Origin: Candidatus Nomurabacteria bacterium
GTDB lineage: Bacteria; Patescibacteriota; Minisyncoccia; Phycocordibacterales; UBA9973
Direction: 5' to 3'
Length of the DNA stretch: 33,593 bases
NCBI GenBank assembly: GCA_027347985.1
Contig: DAIEQH010000003.1
Coordinates: 1-33,593 of the forward strand
This document shows positions 26,665 through 33,593 of this stretch, in pieces (positions within the stretch are counted from its first letter, which is position 1; every line of letters begins with the position of its first letter). Under the pieces are notes generated by a model. The model was not told where the DNA came from, ran no database searches, and saw only the letters and a program-made list of their open reading frames with translations. The position numbers and the translations under genes were made by a program.

Positions 26665-27264
26665 ATGGAGCAAAATTTTCAAACATCTTTTATACCGAAG
26701 AAGCCAATGATAGAAGAACGAGTGAAAGTGTCACGACCAGTTGGTCTCGTCACTATTATTTCTATTTTTATTTTCTTTACTGTGGTCATTGCTTCAGGAG
26801 GTCTTTATTTTTATGACGGTATTTTAAAGAAAAATATTGTCCAAATGGAAAATGATTTAAATTTGGCAAAAAATCGTTTTGAACCTTCAAAAATAATTCA
26901 ACTTCAAGTTTTGGACAAACGTCTCAATGCCTCAGAAGAAATTTTGTCTAAACACGTTGCTATCTCTCCTATATTTGAAGCGTTGCAGGCTTTGACAATG
27001 AAGACAGTCAGCTATACCAGTTTTAGTTACAGTTTTGATGACACTAAAAAGAAAGGAAATATTAAAGTAGATATGAAAGGTATAGCTATAGGATACAAAT
27101 CTGTAGCTTTACAGTCGGACCTCTTTGCAAAAAATAAATATTTGATTGATCCAGTTTTTTCCAATCTTTCTTTAGATGACAAAGGCAACGTGATGTTTGA
27201 TTTGGAGTTTTCGGTCGATCCGAATTTTATTGATTATAAGAAGATACAAGAAGCTACAAATTAA
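26665..27264 (+). CDS. PilN-like protein
   Basis: FQTSFIPK N-terminus, one TM segment, coiled coil; follows pilM. Confidence 0.65.
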   Translation: MEQNFQTSFIPKKPMIEERVKVSRPVGLVTIISIFIFFTVVIASGGLYFYDGILKKNIVQMENDLNLAKNRFEPSKIIQLQVLDKRLNASEEILSKHVAISPIFEALQALTMKTVSYTSFSYSFDDTKKKGNIKVDMKGIAIGYKSVALQSDLFAKNKYLIDPVFSNLSLDDKGNVMFDLEFSVDPNFIDYKKIQEATN

Positions 27265-27266
27265 TC

Positions 27267-27854
27267 ATGTTTAAATTTATTTTACCAGCTAGTTTAATAG
27301 GAGTTGCCATTGCAGGATTTTTCATTTTTGCTGATCCGCTTTATCAAAGCATTTCAGGAGAGAGAGCCCAAATAGCATCTTATGACGAAGCCTTAAGTAA
27401 TTCTAAGGCCCTTGAAGCGGAGAGAGATAAATTAACTCAAAAATATAATTCTTTCGATCCTGATAATTTGGCCAAACTTCAAAAACTTCTTCCAGATAAT
27501 GTAGACAATATTCGTTTGATTTTAGAAATAGAAAAAATAGCATTGCCGTATGGTATGGCTCTTAAAGATGTGAAATACGACACAACAAGTAGTAGTACGG
27601 TAAATTCACAAATAGGTGGGATGCAAACTGAGACAGGATTAAACAAAAATTATGGCACTTGGAATTTAGAATTCTCCACTCAAGGTACATATAATAATTT
27701 TATTAGTTTTCTAAAAGATTTAGAGAGTAACCTTAGAATTGTAGATGTGTCTTCTGTCCAGTTTTCTTCAAGTGGTAATTTAGGTCTTAATCCGAGCGTT
27801 CCAGAGGCTTATAAATATAGTTTTAAAATTAAGACTTATTGGTTAAAAAATTAA
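27267..27854 (+). CDS. pilO: PilO-like protein
   Basis: TM segment, coiled coil, KLLPD and GTYNNFISFLKDLESNLRIVDV. Confidence 0.8.
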   Translation: MFKFILPASLIGVAIAGFFIFADPLYQSISGERAQIASYDEALSNSKALEAERDKLTQKYNSFDPDNLAKLQKLLPDNVDNIRLILEIEKIALPYGMALKDVKYDTTSSSTVNSQIGGMQTETGLNKNYGTWNLEFSTQGTYNNFISFLKDLESNLRIVDVSSVQFSSSGNLGLNPSVPEAYKYSFKIKTYWLKN

Positions 27855-27863
27855 AACAAAAAT

Positions 27864-28313
27864 ATGGCAAAAATAAAAAACATTATAATATTTGGAGTGA
27901 TTGCGATAGCTTTGATTTTGGTCTATATTTTTTTTATTAAACCATCTCCTGATACCGCTAATTTAGTTTCTTCCACTTCTTCTGCCACTACTCCAGACAC
28001 AAATGTTGTAAGCCAAAACTCCGCAGTTGCTCAGGATCTCTTGTCTTTGTTGTTGAGTGTAAAAAGTATCAGGTTAGACGATTCTATTTTTTCTGATAAA
28101 GCATTTACTAGTTTACATGACTCTAGTATTTTACTTACTTCTCCGGGGAATGAAGGAAGACCCAATCCTTTTGCTCCAATTGGTTTTGATGCTCTTCCTG
28201 TTTCTCAGATTCCTCCTCCTTCTACAACTCCAGAAGTTTCTACGCCTTCTGCCACGGTTCCTATAGCCCCTTCAGTGCCTGTTGTACCAAAAACAACTAC
28301 CAAAAAGTTATAG
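27864..28313 (+). CDS. Membrane-anchored pilus accessory protein (PilP position)
   Basis: N-terminal TM segment, GRPNPF motif, Pro/Thr-rich tail. Confidence 0.55.
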   Translation: MAKIKNIIIFGVIAIALILVYIFFIKPSPDTANLVSSTSSATTPDTNVVSQNSAVAQDLLSLLLSVKSIRLDDSIFSDKAFTSLHDSSILLTSPGNEGRPNPFAPIGFDALPVSQIPPPSTTPEVSTPSATVPIAPSVPVVPKTTTKKL

Positions 28314-28395
28314 ATAAATTACTTGTCCCGTTAGAAATTCTGTGGGCATGTTATAATGATAATATGATTATTAATTTAAAATTTCTAATGAGATG
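28311..28395 (+). repeat. Stop-to-start inverted-repeat element, copy 3 (before pilB)
   Basis: TAG ataaattacttg TCCCGTTAGAAATT ctgtgggcaTGTTATAATgat... AATTTCTAATGAGA TG. Confidence 0.9.
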
Positions 28396-30144
28396 AGTTT
28401 TTTAGAAGAATTAGTAAAAAAGGGCTTAATCAATAAAGGCCAAATAAGTGAAGCTAAAAATCTTGCGAAAGAGAAATATAATGGTGATATTGACGAAGCC
28501 TTAGATGAACTTGGAGTTCCAGAAGAAAAAATCCTTGAAACAAAAGGAGAGTATTTAAAAATACCGATAAAAAAAATTGATATAAAAAAAGTATCTTTTG
28601 ATGTTCTAAAATATATTCCAGAAGATGCAGCTATCTATTATCATTTTGTTCCTCTTCTCTTTAAAGATGGAATATTAGAAGTTGGTATTTTAGACGGAGA
28701 AAATCCACAAGTGATAGATGCTTTGCAATTTATTTCGGCTAAGTCGGGTATCCCTTTTAAGGTTTTTCTCATTTCTAACTCTGACTATAAAAGCTTAATG
28801 GAAAGTTATAAAAGTATGTCTATAGAAGTGGGGGAAGCACTAAATGAAATTAATAAAGATAAAGAGGATAATGATACCAAGAGTCTAAGTGAAGCAAGTT
28901 CTCTAGATAAAGAAATAAAAGAGATAAAAGGAGACGAAACAAAGATAGTAGAAGATGCCCCGGTTATAAAAATTGTCGCTGTCATGTTGCGTAATGCTAT
29001 TGAAGGAAATGCTTCTGATATACACATAGAAAATACAGGAGAAAAAGTAAAAATACGTTTTCGTGTAGATGGTAGCCTGCATACGACAATAGTATTACCC
29101 ATGAATATTTATAACGGCATAATCGCACGTATAAAAATTTTAGCTAAGTTGCGTTTGGATGAAAAAAGAAAACCTCAAGATGGATCTTTCAGTACGACTC
29201 TAGATGGACACAAAATAGATTTTCGTGTTTCTACCATGCCTGCCTATTATGGTGAAAAAGTCGTTATTCGTATTTTGGATGCAGAAAAGGGGGTAAAACC
29301 TTTAGACCAATTAGGATTATCAAAAAGAAACTTAGAAATGTTGAGGGATGCGATCAAAAAACCGTATGGCCTTATTTTGATTACTGGGCCTACAGGTTCT
29401 GGAAAATCCACCACTCTTTATTCAATGATGAATGAATTGGACAAAGAGACGAGCAATATTGTTTCCTTGGAAGATCCGGTGGAATATCATATGCCAGATA
29501 TCAACCAGTCACAAATGATGCCTGAAATAGGATATACTTTTGCTTCTGGGCTTCGTTCTATTCTTCGTCAAGACCCAGATGTTATAATGGTTGGAGAGAT
29601 ACGTGATAAAGAAACAGCTCAACTTGCCATTCAAGCAGCTTTGACAGGTCACCTCGTTTTGTCTACTCTTCACACTAATAGCGCCATCGGTGCAATACCT
29701 AGATTGGTAGACATGGGTGTCGATCCTTATCTTATAGCACCAACTCTTATTTTGTCTGTTGCTCAACGTTTGGCTAAAATGACATGTCCTTCTTCTCGTA
29801 AACTTGTTCCAATGGAGGAGAGCGTTAAATTGCAAATAGAAAGCGAATTAAAGGATTTACCAGAAAAATTTAGAAAAGAGATAGAAATCAAAAATGAAAT
29901 GTATGATGTTGTGCCATCTCCAGATTGTCCTTCTGGCACTCGTGGTCGTATTGCTATTTTTGAAATGTTTAAAATAGGTAAAGAAATGCAACAAGTAATA
30001 CTGAAAAATCCAGTTGATGATGAAATATACAAAGTAGCCCGCAACGATGGAATGCTAATGATGAGAGAAGATGCTATGCTAAAAGCAATAAATGGTATTA
30101 TTCCTTATAAAGAGGTTTTTGGATTTATTAATGAGAATGAATAA
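28393..30144 (+). CDS. pilB: Type IV pilus extension ATPase PilB/GspE
   Basis: ASDIH, PQDG, GPTGSGKST, EDPVE, LRQDPDVIMVGEIRD and TGHLVLSTLHTN motifs. Confidence 0.95.
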   Translation: MSFLEELVKKGLINKGQISEAKNLAKEKYNGDIDEALDELGVPEEKILETKGEYLKIPIKKIDIKKVSFDVLKYIPEDAAIYYHFVPLLFKDGILEVGILDGENPQVIDALQFISAKSGIPFKVFLISNSDYKSLMESYKSMSIEVGEALNEINKDKEDNDTKSLSEASSLDKEIKEIKGDETKIVEDAPVIKIVAVMLRNAIEGNASDIHIENTGEKVKIRFRVDGSLHTTIVLPMNIYNGIIARIKILAKLRLDEKRKPQDGSFSTTLDGHKIDFRVSTMPAYYGEKVVIRILDAEKGVKPLDQLGLSKRNLEMLRDAIKKPYGLILITGPTGSGKSTTLYSMMNELDKETSNIVSLEDPVEYHMPDINQSQMMPEIGYTFASGLRSILRQDPDVIMVGEIRDKETAQLAIQAALTGHLVLSTLHTNSAIGAIPRLVDMGVDPYLIAPTLILSVAQRLAKMTCPSSRKLVPMEESVKLQIESELKDLPEKFRKEIEIKNEMYDVVPSPDCPSGTRGRIAIFEMFKIGKEMQQVILKNPVDDEIYKVARNDGMLMMREDAMLKAINGIIPYKEVFGFINENE

Positions 30145-30195
30145 GTTGTTTATATGTGCTATCATTAAAAGTATATTTATAATATAATAATATAT

Positions 30196-30603
30196 ATGGA
30201 GGGAGAAAAGAAAAAAATTTTAATAGTAGACGACGATACATTTCTTTTAGATATGTATGCATTTAAGTTTAGTCAAAATAATTTCGAGGTTCATACTGCC
30301 CCTGGCGGGTTGCAGGCGATCGAAAAACTAAAAGATAATCTTAACCCAGATATTATTATGATGGACATAATAATGCCAGAAATGGATGGTTTTGAAATGT
30401 TGGAAAAAATAAATAAAGAAAATTTATCTCCCAGTTCTATAAAAATAATTTTGTCTAATAAAAGCCAACAAGCCGATATCGAAAGAGGTAATAGTTTAGG
30501 AGCTTCAGGATACATTGTAAAAGCAAATTCCACGCCTCAAGAGGTCATAGAACAGGTAGTGGATATTTTATCAAAAAAAACTGTTAAAACAATTACGAAT
30601 TAA
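30196..30603 (+). CDS. Single-domain (CheY-like) response regulator
   Basis: ILIVDDD, DIIMMDIIMPEMDG, LSN and YIVK motifs. Confidence 0.9.
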   Translation: MEGEKKKILIVDDDTFLLDMYAFKFSQNNFEVHTAPGGLQAIEKLKDNLNPDIIMMDIIMPEMDGFEMLEKINKENLSPSSIKIILSNKSQQADIERGNSLGASGYIVKANSTPQEVIEQVVDILSKKTVKTITN

Positions 30604-30615
30604 CAATTACGAATT
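30588..30615 (+). repeat. 14-bp perfect tandem duplication
   Basis: aacaattacgaatt x2, spanning the regulator stop codon. Confidence 0.8.
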
Positions 30616-30627
30616 ACAAATTAAAAA

Positions 30628-31686
30628 ATGGATTATAAAAAAGAACTAGAAGAACTTATTTTGACAGTCGTTCATGAGAACGGATCTGATTTGCATTTAG
30701 GCGTAGGAAAAGTTCCTGCCATTCGTGTCGCAGGAGAACTCTTTTTTCTTTTGAAGCATGCAGTTTTAACAGAAAAAGATGTTGTCGGAATTTTGGGTGA
30801 AATTTTAGATAAAACGAAATTAGATAAATTTATGGAAGAGCAAGAAATAGATTTCTCTTATGATTTTCGTGGAGAAGTTCGTCTTCGTGGTAATGCTTTT
30901 TTCCAAAAAGGTTTGATAAGTGTTGCTTTGAGGTTAGTCCCGCAAGTAAAATCTCTTTCCGATTTGCATTTGCCCCCAGTTATTGCTGATTTAGCTCGTA
31001 AGAAACAGGGGTTTTTTTTAGTAGTTGGTCCTGTAGGGCAGGGTAAGTCAACTACACTTTCAGCCATGGTTAATTTGATAAACAATGAACAAGCACGACA
31101 TATCATAACAATTGAAGATCCGATTGAATATATGTTTACTCCCAATAAATCAATTATTAATCAAAGAGAAGTCGGTATTGATACTAAAGATTTTCACACA
31201 GCACTTAAATCAGTTTTTCGTGAAGATGTGAATGTTATAATGATAGGTGAAATGCGTACTCCGGAAACGATTTCTACTGCTGTCTCTGCTGCAGAAACAG
31301 GACATTTGGTCCTTTCCACTCTTCATACTAATAATGCTTCACAGACAATAGACAGAATTATTGATTCTTTCCCAGGGAATCAACAAGATCAGATTCGTGT
31401 TGAACTCGCTTCTAGTCTAATTGGTATTTTTTCTCAAAGACTCATTCCTAGAATCACTGGTGGTCTCATTCCTGCTTATGAATTGTTATTAAACAATAAT
31501 GCTGTTTCTAATTTAATTCGCGAGAAACGCACCAAAGAGATAGATGTAGTTATAGAAACAGGGATGGAATCCGGAATGATAGATTTAAACCACTCTCTCC
31601 TCGAACTTGTCCGTGCTGGAGAAATTACCATAGAAAATGCTTATCAATTTTCACTTAATCCAAAAGGCCTAGAGCGTATTTTGTAA
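30628..31686 (+). CDS. pilT: Type IV pilus retraction ATPase PilT
   Basis: GSDLHL, GPVGQGKST, EDPIE, AAETGHLVLSTLHT and AVSNLIRE (AIRNLIRE-like). Confidence 0.94.
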   Translation: MDYKKELEELILTVVHENGSDLHLGVGKVPAIRVAGELFFLLKHAVLTEKDVVGILGEILDKTKLDKFMEEQEIDFSYDFRGEVRLRGNAFFQKGLISVALRLVPQVKSLSDLHLPPVIADLARKKQGFFLVVGPVGQGKSTTLSAMVNLINNEQARHIITIEDPIEYMFTPNKSIINQREVGIDTKDFHTALKSVFREDVNVIMIGEMRTPETISTAVSAAETGHLVLSTLHTNNASQTIDRIIDSFPGNQQDQIRVELASSLIGIFSQRLIPRITGGLIPAYELLLNNNAVSNLIREKRTKEIDVVIETGMESGMIDLNHSLLELVRAGEITIENAYQFSLNPKGLERIL

Positions 31687-31765
31687 ATTACTTGTCCCGT
31701 ACTAAATTTTTGATTACGGGAATATAATGATAAATATTAATAATTAAAATTTTAGTACCGGGATG
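31684..31765 (+). repeat. Stop-to-start inverted-repeat element, copy 4 (pilT-pilC), covariant arms
   Basis: TAA attacttg TCCCGTACTAAATTTT ...TATAAT... AAAATTTTAGTACCGGGA TG. Confidence 0.85.
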
Positions 31766-32968
31766 TTATTCAAATATAAAGCAGTAGACGACAAAGGAAT
31801 ACAAAAATTAGGGGAGATTGATGCTCAAAATCGTGATATTGCTATAACCGGACTTCAACATAGAGGGCTCATTGTTATTTCTATTGAAGAAGAAGGCAAA
31901 AAATCTTTTTTGAAATTTGCATTTTTTGAAAAAGTACCGATGAAAAGTGTTGTTATTCTTTCTCGTCAGATTTCAACTTTATTCGGAGCACAGGTTTCTG
32001 CTTTAAAAGCTTTTACGATGTTGGCTGCTAGTACAGAAAATAAACCATTAGCAAAAAAACTTACAGAGATAGGGGATGACTTACAAGCAGGTATTTCTAT
32101 TTCTGGTGCCTTAGCAAAACACCCAGATGTTTTTTCTGATTTTTATGTGAACATGGTGAAAGTAGGAGAAGAAACTGGAAAATTAAATGAAACTTTTGAT
32201 CATTTGGCAAATTATTTAAATCGTCAATATGAACTTACTTCAAAAACGAGAAATGCTCTAATCTATCCTATATTCGTTGTCTGTACATTTTTTGTAGTGA
32301 TGGGGCTTATGTTTGTCGTAGTTATTCCAAAACTCTCTGCTATCATTCTTGATTCTGGACAAGATCCTCCGATTTATACAAAAATTGTTATTGCGCTTTC
32401 AAACTTCTTTGTAAGTTATGGTTTTCTAGTTCTTATTTTTTTAGTACTTGCAGGTGTGTGGCTCTGGAGACTTTCTAAAACAGAAAAAGGTAAAATTTAT
32501 ATTGATAAAATGCGTCTTTCTATCCCAGCAGTAGGAAATCTTTACAGGAGGCTTTATCTTTCTAGAATTGCAGACAACATGGACACTATGCTTACTTCTG
32601 GTATCCCTATAGTTAGAGCTATTGATATTACCTCAGATGTCGTTGGTAGTAGGGTTTATAAAGAAATTTTAAAAGAAGTGGCAGATGGAGTGAAGTCTGG
32701 TCTTGCTTTTTCTGTTGCTTTTGAAAAACATGCAGAAGAGGTCCCAGGGATTATGATTCAAATGATAAAAGTGGGGGAGGAAACGGGTTCTTTAGGACAG
32801 ATTTTGAAAACTTTGTCAGATTTTTATAAAAAAGAAGTTGATGATGCTATTGATACTTTGGTTGGTTTGATCGAACCAGTCATGATTGTCGTTTTAGGCT
32901 TGGGAGTAGGTATACTCTTGGTCTCTGTTTTGATGCCGATTTATAATCTTGCTGGGGGGATACAGTAA
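31763..32968 (+). CDS. pilC: Type IV pilus platform protein PilC/GspF
   Basis: Two T2SSF repeats (VGEETGKL, VGEETGSL), ALIYP and LIEP..MPIY. Confidence 0.95.
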   Translation: MLFKYKAVDDKGIQKLGEIDAQNRDIAITGLQHRGLIVISIEEEGKKSFLKFAFFEKVPMKSVVILSRQISTLFGAQVSALKAFTMLAASTENKPLAKKLTEIGDDLQAGISISGALAKHPDVFSDFYVNMVKVGEETGKLNETFDHLANYLNRQYELTSKTRNALIYPIFVVCTFFVVMGLMFVVVIPKLSAIILDSGQDPPIYTKIVIALSNFFVSYGFLVLIFLVLAGVWLWRLSKTEKGKIYIDKMRLSIPAVGNLYRRLYLSRIADNMDTMLTSGIPIVRAIDITSDVVGSRVYKEILKEVADGVKSGLAFSVAFEKHAEEVPGIMIQMIKVGEETGSLGQILKTLSDFYKKEVDDAIDTLVGLIEPVMIVVLGLGVGILLVSVLMPIYNLAGGIQ

Positions 32969-32975
32969 AAAAGAC

Positions 32976-32984
32976 TGTGGATAA
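32976..32984 (-). promoter_or_regulatory. Perfect DnaA-box sequence upstream of the pilin gene
   Basis: TGTGGATAA, the reverse complement of TTATCCACA; single copy. Confidence 0.4.
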
Positions 32985-33057
32985 CTATCTTGCACTTATG
33001 TTATATAATTAAATTATTAGAGTGAGTCGAAATTTATTATTAAATAAGATTATAACT

Positions 33058-33540
33058 ATGAAAAGAATTAATTATAAAAAAGGTTTTACATTGATTGAAC
33101 TTTTGGTTGTTGTTGCTATCATCGGTATCTTAGCTTCAGTTGTTTTAGCATCTTTAAATAGCGCTAGAACAAAAGGTTCTGATGCTGCTATAAAGGCTGC
33201 TATGAGTAATGCTCGTGCACAAGCTGAGCTTTCTTATGATACAGCTCAATCATACACAGGCACTTGTGCTGCTATCAGGCCTATGGTTTTGAATGCTTTG
33301 CAAAAACTAAATTCGGCCGCAACAGCTGCTAACATAAACGAAGTTCTTACCACAGCTTATGCGTATAGTAATGTGGGAACATCACCTGCTGCAACTTGCC
33401 ATGAGACTTCAACTGCTTGGGCAGCAATAGTTTCGTTGAAAGCTCCAGTAAATGCTGGTGCTGGTGGTTGGTGTGTTGATAGTACTGGTGCTTCAAAAGA
33501 ATCAACAGCTCTTGCTGGAAGTGCAACTTCTTGTCCATAA
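33058..33540 (+). CDS. Type IV pilin (class III signal peptide)
   Basis: [23 protein letters not shown] prepilin motif and four Cys. ATG 33058 is preferred to GTG 33022. Confidence 0.93.
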   Translation: MKRINYKKGFTLIELLVVVAIIGILASVVLASLNSARTKGSDAAIKAAMSNARAQAELSYDTAQSYTGTCAAIRPMVLNALQKLNSAATAANINEVLTTAYAYSNVGTSPAATCHETSTAWAAIVSLKAPVNAGAGGWCVDSTGASKESTALAGSATSCP

Positions 33541-33593
33541 TTTATTGGAAATTTCTTAAAAACAAAGGCCATTCTGACTTAAAGTTAGGGTGG

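Noticed and set aside
317-33572. Many short ORFs antisense to or nested within long genes (for example 317-709, 21572-22021, 29509-29835)
   Set aside because: They overlap well-supported genes on the other strand or frame and show no motifs; treated as shadow ORFs.

Overview
This AT-rich bacterial window has the gene content and style of a Patescibacteria/CPR (Parcubacteria-like) chromosome; the taxonomy is inferred. The left half (about 1-15,300) is an accessory island. It holds an arsR-arsD-arsA operon with a recognisable promoter and operator, a large serine recombinase, and a ParB-MTase / small-terminase-like / large-terminase operon with no portal, capsid or tail genes in view. It also carries a four-gene nuclease-rich, defence-like cargo. 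The right half looks like host backbone: PGI/PMI, DedA, DsbA, a HAD hydrolase, an ATP-grasp ligase, a proB-proC-proA operon, two cassette-like genes, comF and a type IV pilus/competence cluster. The strongest non-coding signals are two. (1) A compact, GNRA-capped multi-way-junction RNA structure at 4079-4223 has a central 12-nt segment complementary to both copies of a 16-bp direct repeat that flanks it. (2) A 70-85 bp intergenic element occurs four times, always filling the gap between a stop codon and the next ATG (dedA, proC, pilB, pilC). It has terminal inverted arms, compensatory changes in one copy, an alternative local hairpin and usually an internal -10 box. All base pairings were read by eye; no folding or database searches were run.
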